From NCBI GenBank assembly GCA_036785375.1, contig JAWMAR010000167.1, positions 3,348,001-3,412,000 of the forward strand: a stretch of DNA of 64,000 nucleotides. The letters are read 5' to 3'. The position numbers were made by a program, and so were the translations under genes. The stretch comes from Leucoraja ocellata. Taxonomy: Eukaryota. Below are positions 50,501 through 62,268 of this stretch, in pieces; position 1 is the first letter of the stretch; the number at the start of each line of letters is the position of its first letter. Under the pieces are notes generated by a model. The model was not told the DNA's origin. It ran no database searches and saw only the letters and a list, made by a program, of their open reading frames with translations.

Positions 50501-51057
50501 TTTTACCTAATGTCAACCTAATTTTAGAATGTTGTTTAGTCTGGGGAAGGGTCCTGACACAAATTATTGACTGCCCTTTATTTGCACAAATGCTGCCTGA
50601 CCCGCTGAGATCTTCCAGCACTTAGCAGTTTCTTGTGTCAACATTTTTAAATGTTATTCACCAGTTATAGCAGGTCGCATTGGTTTGTGGATTGTGGATG
50701 GTCACCCAATGATCACATTGAATGGTGGTGCTGGCTCGAAGGGCCGAATGGCCTATTCCTGCACCTATTGTCTATTGTCTATCTATTGTAAATTGTGCTA
50801 ACACCAATATGCCCACAGCAGTGATGTTGGATTTTGAAGGTGGATGGGATTGGGGTTTGTACCAAAAATTAAGAAAAGTAGGTATCTGTATCCTCACTAA
50901 ACTAATGTTTTACATGTACAAATATCTTGGTTAAATTTGGTAGAAATTGGATTCATAGCACCAGTTTCCATAATTTTTCTGAAGATAGGTAAATAGATAC
51001 TTAAAACAGGTCTTGGTTGAGCAAATTAAGCACTAATATTTTGTCATTCCTTTGAAG

Positions 51058-52080
51058 GTGGTTCCTCAGAGTTCATCTTGGAGTGGGCAGAATATACTTG
51101 AAACACTAAAGGAGTCTGAGAAATCTGGTAACTGTCGGGTTCAAGAGTCGGACGTACAGGTTCCTAATGCGCGAAACTTGAAACACAATAGCTCAACACA
51201 GACTGACATTTTCATTACAGATTCGAACATTCTTGATGACAAAAGCGATAGAGCTGATCACAAAGATGGCTGTTATTATGATCGCAAACAGCTGTCCAGC
51301 CGTTCTTTGCAGCCTAATACATACAGGACAGCTGAGCATAGTTGCTGCAACTATCCAGACCTTAAAGTTAATCCTCTCAGCTCAGAGATTTTTCCTGATA
51401 GAGGCTACGGGATTGCGGAGCATGAGAAAAGGTGCTTCACTTTTGACTCAACAGTGGCAGATTGTGGTGTGGGAGAGACTGAAGTTGAAAAGGGGCATAG
51501 TCCCAAGCACAATGGTGGCACCTGGCCAAAAACAATGGTGGATGTTTCACCTGAACCTGGGAAACTCTCCATATTCAAAATGCCAAAACAGAGGAAGCCA
51601 GTCTTTGATCCAGATACTTTCAAAAGGCCACAGACTCCTCCAAAGATGGATTATCTCTCCCCAATGCAAAAGCAGACACATTCTTCACAGTCCTCGAAGA
51701 GTGAATCTGGTTCAACGCCTCCCACACCTCCAAAGAGGAGTGATTCATTTAAATTTAAACACAAGCAGCAAACCAGCTCGGCTTCAGATTCTGCAACAAC
51801 TAGTGGGTCGCCTCCGACCAGTCCCGCTGCCCCTCAGTCACCTGCTGCCCTTGGAGTAAAACAGGACACCACGCATGAAATCCATGATAGAAATGTGGGC
51901 CATTATCACCCAACAACATACTTAGAAGGAAGTGCTTTACTATTAAGGACTTCCTCCGAGGAGGAAGGTCATCAACGCGTTGAGGAGGTACAACCTGTCA
52001 GCAGACGTCGTCCAAAATCTGCTCCTGCTTTAAGACCCAGCAAACTTGCTCCTTTAACCGTTTCCGGACTGTCCCCTCAG
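51058..52080 (+). CDS. DLG5: DLG5 large exon, Ser/Pro-rich linker (VVPQSSSWSGQNILE...GGTWPK...PPTPPKRSDSFKFKH...RRRPKSAPALRP...GLSPQ)
   Basis: ttgaag acceptor, CAG|gtaatt donor, 1023 nt, phase 0-0; the longest ORF in the window (51052..52113) with DLG5 motifs. Confidence 0.96.
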
Positions 52081-53380
52081 GTAATTTGTAAATTACATCA
52101 ATTATTATTGTAGTGTCATTATGTTGGTATAAATCTTATAAACATGGGAGCAATTACAGATAATTACGTGATCTTCGCTTCAATGCTTATCTGAGTCGAT
52201 TGCACATTGACGTTTGATGGTGGGGAGGCGATGGGGTATGGAGATCGTGCTTCGGAAGTAGCATTTCTGTATATTTACAGCTGCTTGTAACTAGCCCTCA
52301 CTTTTTGAGAGAATGTGCTGTTCATCAAAAAACAGAAAAATGCCAACTAGAATGACTGACATACTTTTTGAAATGAATTGGATGGAGCACAGTCAGTGGA
52401 CATGAGACTCTTTAGGTCTTACGGTATGTTGATTGGTAACATTCATCAGATGAGTTAATGTTAACACCCACGAATTGGTGAAACAGACTCATCTCCAATT
52501 AAAACAGTAACTTATCTTGTCCTGATGGGGTGGGGGTGCATTTGACCCTAAAGTCTGATTACTTGAAGGGTCTCAGTCCTCTCTGTAAAGACCATGACCA
52601 CCGGTGTTGCTTTCTTAAGGCTGCTACCAGTTGCCTTGTGAAAATAGACCGAAGGTAACGGATTTCATGCATCATAGAGTTATACAGCGTTTGGCCTAAC
52701 TTGCCCATGCCGGTCAACACACCCCATCTACATTAATCTTCACTATCTACGCCTGTCTGTCCAAATGTATATATATATATATCTTATTGCTCAGAATATT
52801 GGCCAGTAACTTGGCTCCCACAGATGTTAGGCTCACTTGTCTGCAGTTCCCAGGCTTGTCCTTGTGTGTGGAAAATAATGAATGGCATTGTGATAATTAG
52901 TTCTTGGCTTTCAAATTGGATTAGTTAATTTGATTCTCTCTAGTGTTATGAGAGAGGGAATTTGTGTCTCTAACTAATTGGAGGGTATAAAAAAATGTTT
53001 ACCTGGAGTGAAAAAATAAATAAATAGACTCACCCATTTGGATTTGTGGCAAGACTGCAAGGTCTACTGAAGAGTTGGAAATGGTTCTATTATTGTATAT
53101 TCCAAGATGGGCAGTTCTTTATATACAAACAAAATTGCATGAGAAGGATATTGAGAAGTTATAATGGAAATGATGTAAGGAGTGCAATCGATTTTCATTA
53201 TCCCAACCTCTAGTGTATTGGGAACTTAAGGGGCCTGGGAAACAGGAAGAAATTCCATGCACAATTACCCTAGACTCTTCTTGCATGGTTGTTGAGAAGC
53301 AAATTAATCCAGACATGTAGGTTTCTTTATTAACAACATAAAAGTGATGTGTCAGTCTGAAATGCAACACAGAAAAGAGT

Positions 53381-53734
53381 CGGCGCAGCGGTAGAGTTGC
53401 TGCCTGACAGCGCCAGAGACCCAGGTTCGATCTTGACTACGGGTGCTTGTCTGTACAGAGTTTGTATGTTCTCCCCGTGACCTGCGTGGGTTTACTCCGA
53501 GATTTTCAGTTTCCTCCCACATTCCAAAGACGTACATGTTTGTCGGTTAATTGGCATGGTATAAATGTTAATTGCCTCCAGAGATGTTGCCTGTCCCGCT
53601 GAGTTACTCCAGATTTTTGTGTCTATCTTAAATTGTCCCTGGTGGGTGTAGGATAGTGTTGGTGTGCGGGGATCGCTGGTCGGCGCGGACTCTGTGGGCG
53701 AAGGGCCTGTTTCTGTACCTGCAAACTAAACTAA
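53381..53734 (+). mobile_element. V-SINE with nested Penelope-like fragment (53577-53627)
   Basis: A box ggcgcagcgg, B box ggttcgatc at 53424, V-domain, (ctaaa)n tail. Confidence 0.9.
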
Positions 53735-53868
53735 AAACTAATAACTAATTACAGGTACATAAAGGGTATGAAAGGCATGTTCAGAAAATAATTTGGAAAT
53801 GCTTTATTTTTTTATGAGTGACAGATGACTATTAATGATTTGAAGGCAAATATTTATTATATTCACAG

Positions 53869-54046
53869 GAGAGTGTTGACCCTCATTTGCTGTATGAGAG
53901 TCGTACATCTAGCTCCCCAGTTCCCAGGTACAATTCAAGTGAAGAACGTCTATCTGCGGAGCCACAGGAATGGCACCGTTACGCACCAAAACGCGCACAC
54001 AGGCAGAGTGCTGGCTACACATCATCAACATATAATTCAGGTTCAG
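53869..54046 (+). CDS. DLG5: DLG5 exon, ESVDPHLLYESRTSSSPVP...EPQEWHRYAPKRAHRQSAGYTSSTYNSGS
   Basis: ttcacag acceptor, CAG|gttagt donor (alternative at 54040), 178 nt, phase 0-1 fits both neighbours; peptide poorly conserved. Confidence 0.8.
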
Positions 54047-55295
54047 GTTAGTTCACAAAAATACATAATCTTGAAATATCTGTTGCTTTAGTAAGAAACA
54101 CATTTGCAATCCTTTTACCATTTTGAAGCAGTGATCGGATGCATTTCTTTCTTGAAGCATTATTAGAAAAGTGTAGTTTAACTTTTTGGAAAAAGACTCA
54201 AGTACACAGGCATAAGAGTTAACCCTGTTCCTATGAATCATTGGTTAAGTGTCAGTTGAACTATTGCCTGGGATTTTGCAGTCAGTGTGAGCTTCCATAC
54301 TCGACTCATATCTATGATATGATGTTGGCATGAATCCATGTTGATCTCCTGAGGCTATCATGTTGCTCAAGGCAACATCCTTTCCTACATTGTGAGGCCC
54401 TGGGTGATGAAAGGACCTTCCAGGAATGAATGATGTGGATCGAGAGGGAAGAGATTGAGGGAATTAGCCCTGCCTGCAAACGATGAGTTGAGTAGCATCG
54501 TTGATAACTAGCTGGGCTTAACTAACATTTTCTGAATGTTCGAACATGCAAACATTTATTTTCAGTTAAGTGATTTTTAAAACACATTAGGCTTGTTTAA
54601 ATGAAACCCAAACTAAAGCGGTCGTGTTGCTTTAAATAAAAATGGAAAGAAAATTAGATGCATTTTCCTTGCTTTATAGCAGTTCTTCGCCACTCAAATG
54701 AATGGAATTATGAGGAGCGTAGATAAGGTGAATGGTCACAGAGGTCTGGGGAGAGATGGGTCAGGTGCAGGCAAGTGGGACTAGCTGTGTGAAGCAACTT
54801 CATCAACATTGTTGGGTTGGGGGAAGGATCTGTTTCTGAGCTGAATAGCTCAATAACTTTGTGACAGGTTCCATGCAGAATTGCTGGGGACTTGTTGTGC
54901 TCTTCCGCAGGAGTCTGGGGTTGTGGGGAGAAGGCAGGAGAATGGGGTTGACAGACAGATAGATAGATAGGTCATGATTGAATGGCGGAGTAGACGATGG
55001 GCCAAATGGCCTAACTCTGCTCTTATCACTTATGAACTATGAACTTATAAGCCAATGGGTAGCATGACCTCAGGGGACCGTCTGGAATAAGCTAGTGACC
55101 ATGCCAACAATTTCAGAACCTCTCTTCGATGAAAGAATTGCAAACAGTGGCATTTGTGCAGGGAAATGCTGGCATTTAAGTGAAGGATAGATACCAGAAT
55201 GTTACAGAAGATGAGTTTCTGATATAGAGAGGCTATTATTGTTCTCCTTTAGTATGTGTGACCATTTAAATTAATTTTCCCTCTTTTAAACGCAG

Positions 55296-55449
55296 GCAGT
55301 GCACAGAGGAGCTTTGTACCTTGTCCAGCAGTGACAGCCGTTCTGCGAAATCCAAATGTTCCTTTCTTCACTGTGCGCAGTCGCATGGTCCACAGCACCA
55401 ACTACCCCTCCATGGCGAGTCAGATGTGCTATCCACATCCACAACATAG
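55296..55449 (+). CDS. DLG5: DLG5 exon, GSAQRSFVPCPAVTAVLRNPNVPFFTVRSRMVHSTNYPSMASQMCYPHPQH
   Basis: cgcag acceptor, AG|gtatta donor, 154 nt, phase 1-2; LRNP..TVRS motif. Confidence 0.88.
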
Positions 55450-56821
55450 GTATTAATCAACCAACACACTTGGTTAGCTAATTCCAATTTCAAATTCCAG
55501 TCCAAATTCCCTTCCTCTGCTGAGCCAACTAGTGGTCTATGACAACTTACAAAATATAAATGAATAAAATGCTGTCATGGTCTACTTGCTGCACCTAATG
55601 TGTATACATATATGCTTGCAATATGTCCAGATAGACCTGTTACTAGGCCTATGCACATAACAGTGCTAAACCAGATAATCATTTGTGAATTTGAGTTTGA
55701 TTTGATGTAATTGGCTGGAAACCGATATTAATCATTGTATTCGGACCCTGTTGAGAAGCTTATGCAGTTTTTTCTGCACATCTGTTGCAGTGAAAACAAC
55801 AAAGTCAATTATATTTCTATTATATTTTTATATAATTCTATTATATTTCTTTTTTTTAATTACATTTATGAAATTATGTTTATGTCACTTAAATTACTTA
55901 CACGTTGTTATTGTTCCGGGCAATACATAACAATTTCTATTTTGTTTTAAATACAAAATTATAGATTCCTTCATATGAAAATTCTGATTTTGGTATTGTT
56001 CATTGGGCCAGAAACATCCTTCGATTATTTATGGTTTGTTTTTGTTCGGTTTAATGTAGAACAAGGAACCATTCACCAACTGAAAGCTTTCCTAGTTCTC
56101 CACGGACTCGGCATAGACCTCAGAGTGCAATTTGCTTTCCAGAATCCATGCATACCTTTGAAGGTTTTAGGTAAGATTACATCCTTCTGAAAGACATCAA
56201 TTTTACACCTGTACCCGACATTGAAAAATTCAAATACATGATGTATGTTATGGAACTGCTTTAAACTGATGCCATGGTAACAAGCATTGAAAATGGTTCT
56301 CCTGTAAAGCAGGGCTTTTCATATCCTGCAGTGACAAAGAGCTAATTAAGTATCTTAAGAATTCTTGTCATTGTGCCTTTAGTGGCTTTTTTTCCAGGAG
56401 GTATGGGGAAGGCAGATCCAAAGAGTACATTTTTGAAAGTAGATAATTGCAGCTTTGAAGGGACATTACTTGAAGGAAGATGTTTTTTGCAATATATACT
56501 ACAATGGAGGCTCTGAAGGAAGATTGCCTGGCCAGTGATATATTGAGGATGCCTGCAAGAGCTTTTTTATGGACTAGATATGCTTGTCAATGGAACTGAA
56601 AGTAGCAGATTGTGTCAACTTTGAAGAAATATAATGAACTGTGAAGGAATAGAATAAATGAAGAAATAGAATAATGGTTGTTTAATTTCAACAGGGCAGT
56701 TTAATGCATTTATTGTTAATTATTATTTCTGCATTTCTTTAAGAGCTCTCCTTTAATGCACTATTTTATTCAATATATTTTTTTTTAAATTGAGTATGAC
56801 AGTCTAAAATGTTTTGTGTAG

Positions 56822-56952
56822 CCCACAGCATCATGCACATCACAGCCTGGATCTGACCGGCCCAGACCACAACCATTCAAGTGATTTGTCCAAGTCTTCC
56901 AGAAGCACAACACCACACGGAACACAATCTCTGCCAGCCAGTGCACGTATAG
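56822..56952 (+). CDS. DLG5: DLG5 exon, SPQHHAHHSLDLTGPDHNHSSD...HGTQSLPASARI
   Basis: tgtgtag acceptor, G|gtaatt donor, 131 nt, phase 2-1; SLDL and SLP.SAR motifs. Confidence 0.9.
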
Positions 56953-57041
56953 GTAATTCCTCACCTGCACTTTTGATCTTGTTTTTAGATCTGCCTCATT
57001 TCTTTGCAAAGGAATGTTCACTGTACCTTTTGTTTTTTCAG

Positions 57042-57143
57042 CTGGTTCGTCAAGCAGCCTGGCTTTTGCTCCCAGTAAAAGTGGAAGAATTCGAATCCCT
57101 TCCAACACAAGGTATCCCCGATTGACTACAGGCTCTGACAGAG
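57042..57143 (+). CDS. DLG5: DLG5 exon, AGSSSSLAFAPSKSGRIRIPSNTRYPRLTTGSDR
   Basis: ttttttcag acceptor, G|gtaata donor, 102 nt, phase 1-1; RI.IPS..RYPR motif. Confidence 0.9.
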
Positions 57144-57706
57144 GTAATATTCTGCACTACTCATTAGAGGATCACAAATTGTTATTCTTCCTGCATTTTT
57201 CCCTATATCCCCACAGCACAGAAAGGAGGCATTTAGAAATAAGGTGCATGTGTTACCTTGAGCACGTCGTAAGCATCATCAGTTGAAGGGTTTGTAGTGG
57301 AAAAATATAATAATAATAATAATAATATACTTTATTGTCATTGCACATAAGCACAATGAGATTTGGTATGCAGCTTCCATCCGATGTCATAACTTAAATA
57401 ACTAATAAAATTTAGATTTAGATTTCGATACCCCGAGAACATGGTTTGTAAAAACAACAGTAAAATAGTCAAAACAGTTCAAACAGACTAAAGTGCAGAT
57501 GTGTCTGTGTGACGTGACCATCCAAGGGAGACAGTCCTTGGGGGGTGGGGGCACTCTGCAGGGCCGGCATATTGCAGTGACAATTTATAATAATCCACTT
57601 TTTGTTTCTTGGGAAATTTGCTATTTCAATTATTTGCTACTTGAATTATATGTCAGCAGTTCTCAATGTGTGTAAACTCTCGTAACGGCTGAGAAGTTAC
57701 TTTAAT

Positions 57707-57874
57707 GGTAGACAAAAATGCTGGAGAAACTCAGCGGGTGCGAGTCTGAAGAAGGGTTTCGGCCCGAAACGTTGCCTATTTCCTTCGCTTCATAGATGCT
57801 GCCGCACCCGCTGAGTTTCTCCAGCATTTTTGTCTACCTTCGATTTTCCAGCATCTGCAGTTCCTTCTTGAACG
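57707..57874 (+). mobile_element. Penelope-like fold-back insertion with intact hammerhead-like core
   Basis: 11-bp TSD gttactttaat (57696-57706, 57875-57885); perfect 36-bp inverted arms. Confidence 0.88.
57744..57775 (+). ncRNA. Minimal type I hammerhead-ribozyme-like motif
   Basis: CTGAAGA 57746-57752, extra A, stem II gggt-ttcg-gccc, GAAA 57766-57769, CG, TT cleavage site; helix I only about 2 bp, so activity is uncertain. Confidence 0.55.
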
Positions 57875-58334
57875 GTTACTTTAATAATAGTTCACATATA
57901 ACTGGTATCTTGCTCATATTTTTACAGCATCCCAGGAGATGGATTCCAGTTGAGATTCTGTTAGCCAAATTCCATTTGATTTTTAATAGTTTTATTTATA
58001 TCTGTACCAGAATAATTAATATCGGCTGCTTTTTATTAGTATGACTATGGCAAATCAAATTCCTCGTATGTTGCAAAACATACTTGGCTAATAAAGTATG
58101 ATTATGATTATGAGAAGTAAGAGACAAATTTTCTTGCACACTGCATAAAAAAGTTGAGCTATTGTGGGTAGATTATTTTAGGTATTTGTAGTATGTTTTT
58201 GTTGTCAACTGTAAAAACAGTTATTTTTGAGAGGATATATTTCTAGACAAGGAACCGTAAATGCTGATTTTCCACAAAGGACAGAAAGTGCTTGAGTAAC
58301 ATAGCTGGTCGGGCAGCATATCTGGAGGACATGG

Positions 58335-58702
58335 TGCCTAGATGCAGGAAGATTATGCTAGATGCAGGAAGATTATTGCCAATGTTGGGGAAGTCCAGAA
58401 CAAGGGGTCACAGTTTAAGGTTAAGGGGGAAATCTTTTAGGACCGAGATGAGAAAATCATTTTTTACACAGAGAGTGGTGAATCTGTGGAATTCTCTGTA
58501 AGAGAAGGTAGTTGAGACCAGTTCATTGGCTATATTTAAGAGGGAGTTAGATGTGGCCCTTGTGGCTAAAGGGATCAGGGGGTATGGAGAGAAGGCAGGT
58601 ACAGGATACCGAGTTGGATGATCAGCCATAATCATATTGAATGGCGGTGCAGGCTCGAAGGGCCGAATGGCCTATTCCTGCACCTATTTTCTATGTTTCT
58701 AT
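58335..58702 (+). mobile_element. CR1-like LINE 3' end
   Basis: SRTRGHSLRLRGKSFRTEMRKSFFTQRVVNLWNSL and ttctatgtttctatg terminus. Confidence 0.9.
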
Positions 58703-58749
58703 GGATAAGCGAGGTTTCAGGTCGGGACACTTCTTCAGACAAATTGTAG

Positions 58750-58771
58750 TGGGGGGGGGGGGGGGGGGGGG
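58750..58771. repeat. Poly-G tract of about 20 nt
   Basis: Seen directly; lies inside a Penelope-like fragment. Confidence 0.9.
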
Positions 58772-59489
58772 AGAGAGTAAAAGCTGGAAGGGAGCTGGGG
58801 GTAAAGTTTGATACATTGCCAGACTTTGTCCTATCTCTCCTAGCTTTCTCTGTCTTCCTCCCTCCCTGACTACAATCAGTCTGAAGAAATCCTGACCTAA
58901 AAGGTCGCCTATCCATGTTCTCTTGAGTTGCCACCTGACCTACTGGGTGAGGTCAGCACTATCCACTTAGTTACTCATTTGGTTCCTTGTTTGGTTTTGG
59001 TCTGGGCATGAAAACTGAACCAAGTCGCTAGTCAGGCTTTTTAGTGGCGAATAAATTTGCCCCTCTGACAGGAGAACAATGCACCTTGTACTGTCTGTCA
59101 GTGAGTAAATTTAGAAATCTTATTCACTTAAATCACATATTTGAACTCTACAAGTTGTAAATGGTTGTAAATGCCAGTGTGTAAAAGGAATGAGACAATT
59201 TTGCGAGTATTTTATAATCGTTTTGGTTTCCAATTAAATGCAAAGCTCCACTTGCCCTTTCTTTTTATGTACATTATGATGTTGCTGTGGTAACTGTCTG
59301 GTTAGCTGGCTGTTTGCACACTGAAAACCTCGCCCATTGACTTGCAGGTTGCAGGTCGGGCTGTGATTTCAATTGGCATTTTGCTGGTTGTTTGGTGCTT
59401 TCTAGACTTCGTTTTTGAAGACGTGTGTGTTATGGTAGATGATGACGGGGTATTGTCATGGTTTGAAGATAAGGCACTCTAGGGTAACC

Positions 59490-59846
59490 CTTGCACCCCC
59501 TCTCTCTGTCCCTCCCCCATCCTAGTCGTTGTATTAGTTTCACTGTCGTCCAGGTGAGTTTCATAGTCTGTATAACTCGTTAACACCTAACCACACACAG
59601 CTAACAATGGACATTTTTCTTGGTCTTTACCTTTTTGCATATTTTTAATTAATTTGTTCTATATCTCTCTACATCAACATCCATATCTCTCGTTTCTCTT
59701 TCCTCCAACTCTCAATCTGAAGAAGGGTCACGACCCAAAACATCACCTATTCCTTCTCTCCAGAGAAGCTGCCTGACCTGCTGAGTTACTCTAGCTTTTT
59801 GTGTCTACCTTTGGTGTAAACCAGCACCTGCAGTTCCTTCCTACAC
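59490..59846 (+). mobile_element. Longest Penelope-like 3' segment in the window
   Basis: Pyrimidine-rich leader, ctgaagaagggtcacgacccaaaacatcacc at 59717, family body and ttccttcctacac end. Confidence 0.75.
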
Positions 59847-60351
59847 TCTATAATTGGTGCAGTGGTAGTTATTCTCCATGAAACACTGTATGACTGGCAG
59901 AATTAGCGGAGGGCATGCAAAATAGGGTGGTTTCGAGAAAGAGTGAGCGAGGAGGGCAGAGGAATCTCAACAGAAGGCTATATTCATGTATAGCAAATCT
60001 CCTGTATCTGTCTCAACTAGAAATAAACTAGGGGACTACACTGCATTAAGATTTTGGCATACTGAAACAGTTTCTGTTGTATGAGCTTCTCTGGAGCAGA
60101 GCTGTAAAATTTGACAGGATGCCTGTCAACATTCATGGAGGTTTGTTGCATGCTGTCATGAACAGTCTGGGCAAGCTGGCTGATTGATGGCAGTGATATT
60201 TTTTTCAAAAATTCCCATCAATGACTTGATACTGGAGACGCATTTCAGATTAAATCAAATACTCCTCAAAAGAAAATGCAATTGGGCGCGTCAGTTTTAC
60301 AGAGGAGTTTTTCTGCATTACCCTCTTTCACTTTGATATGTTTTCAATCAG

Positions 60352-60508
60352 GTTCTGAGAGAAGCAGTCCGAGTTTGATTACACCTCCGCAGTCACCCAT
60401 GAATCTAGAAACTTCTTCATTCGGCAGCAGCCAATCACAGAGTTCAATTTCTTCTCTCACTAAGATCTCCATCAGCCCTGTGTCAACTGGAGATTACAGG
60501 AAGGACAG
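60352..60508 (+). CDS. DLG5: DLG5 exon, GSERSSPSLITPPQSPMNLETSSFGSSQSQSSISSLTKISISPVSTGDYRKDR
   Basis: aatcag acceptor, AG|gtatgg donor, 157 nt, phase 1-2; TPPQSP and RKDR motifs that precede PDZ3. Confidence 0.93.
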
Positions 60509-60600
60509 GTATGGGCAGCATGTCATATTTGTATAGAATCTCTTTAGTTCTGTCGCTTTCCTTCTGTTGTATTATTTATAATTGGTCAGTTGTCTTAATA

Positions 60601-60900
60601 TTAGTTTAGTTTAGAGATACAGCATGGAAACAGGCCCTTCAGCTCACCTGGCCCACACCGACCAGCGATACCCGCACACTAACCCTATGCTACACACAAT
60701 GGACAATTTACAATTTTACCAAAGCCAATTAACTTACAAACCTGTACGTCTATGGAGTGTGGGTGGAAACTGAAGTACCCGTAGAAACCCCACGAGGGTC
60801 ACGGGGAGAATGTGCAAACTCCTTGCAGACATCACCCCTTGTCAGGATCAAACCTGCATCTCTGCCACTGTACGGCAGCAATCCTACCGCTGCACCCCTG
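60601..60900 (-). mobile_element. V-SINE
   Basis: Near full-length copy 90 nt after the exon 60352-60508 donor. Confidence 0.88.
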
Positions 60901-62190
60901 TCAATGGTGAGATGGTATGTGCCTCGTGGTGAGGGCCAAGCTTTCTGATGGTATTCCATTAAAACAAATAGATTAATAATGGAATTGGTGATTACTGGTC
61001 AGTGTCCATTTAGGAATTTAGATTAAGCAATCCAGTCCTAAAACATTTCTTATTAACATTTAAAAGTGAAAGTAGAAATAATTCAAATTAAGGCATATTT
61101 AAATATTTACAATTTACATTATATTAAAAATGGTATTGTCCCGCTTGCCATGATGCCTTTAGAAAGATCAGAATTCATAACTTGTTCAATTTTTCAAAAA
61201 AAGTAAATGAAAAGTAGTTATTCATAGCTGACAATATAACATTTAAGAGAAATAACAAGATCTGCCCGAAAAGCACAAATTTTCCATAAATCTGACGAGA
61301 TGAATATCCTTCCTCCCTTTCAGAAAATCCTTCCCCTCACCTTTAAACCTATGCCCTTTTGTTTTTATTATCTACTATGGGGAGCAAAGTTCTGACTATC
61401 CAAGACTCAATCTTATATACTTTTATGAGGTTATCCCAGGCCTTCTTTGCTCCAGGAAAAACAAAGTATATGTGACATTGAAAGATCAAACTACAGTGAA
61501 GCAATGTCATTTGAGAACAAATGTGTGGCTTTATGGTTGTAGTAATTCTACATTGACTGAACTATCTTCTTCAATTGCAGCTGATGGGTCAAAATACTTG
61601 TAAGCGTTGTAAATTGTTAAAAACGCAGCACTGTTAATATTGGGTTTGTTACTTATTATTGAAATATATTAATCTAGGCTAACAGAATATTTGGAACCTT
61701 AACATTATTTCTAAATTGCAGAAAATGATTGAATCATAGATATGACCATTTTGATAGCATAGATACAGAATGTAAAGTAATGGTTGCAATATGCTAATAA
61801 TTCAAATAATGCAAATTTAAATGAAACCAGACTAATTAAGAATGTTGTTACAAATATCATCTAATTTTTAAAGCTTACATTTATATTCCTGCCTCAATTC
61901 CATGGTAACATTGTCAGTTGAGTTCTGATTCGGAAAAGCAGAGTTAATAGAGATAGTCATTTGTATTTAAACTTTGAGTTTTATTATTCCTAAGGAGGCT
62001 TGGAGCATAACTTCACAATTATGTTGGTACTAATTGATTTTATTGAACAACTTCGAAACTTTGAAAAGTTTTTAACTTTGAAGTGTTTTCACTGTTTTGT
62101 ACTCTAGTACCTTACTTTAAAAGAGGACATTTTCAAACTTCCTGATAACTTTCTCTTCGAATCTTTTTGTCTAATTCTGACCCTTTTTAG

Positions 62191-62268
62191 ATACCTTTTC
62201 CGTAATAGGTCCTTTCTGAGAATTCCTCTCACTGCTAGGCCTCGATTCTCATCACTTCGGAGTCTGAG
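62191..62268 (+). CDS. DLG5: Probable DLG5 cassette exon, (R)YLFRNRSFLRIPLTARPRFSSLRSL(R)
   Basis: ctaat/ctgac branch-like motifs, ccctttttag acceptor, AG|gttggc donor, 78 nt, phase 2-2 matching the upstream exon, stop-free. Confidence 0.72.

Noticed and set aside
51233-51859. 208-aa overlapping ORF in an alternative frame of the large exon
   Set aside because: No recognisable domain or independent start context; long alternative frames are common in Ser/Pro-rich exons
56953-57041. 89-nt intron read through by ORF 56814..57125
   Set aside because: Canonical splice sites; retention would frameshift and stop at 57125, and nothing indicates it is regulated
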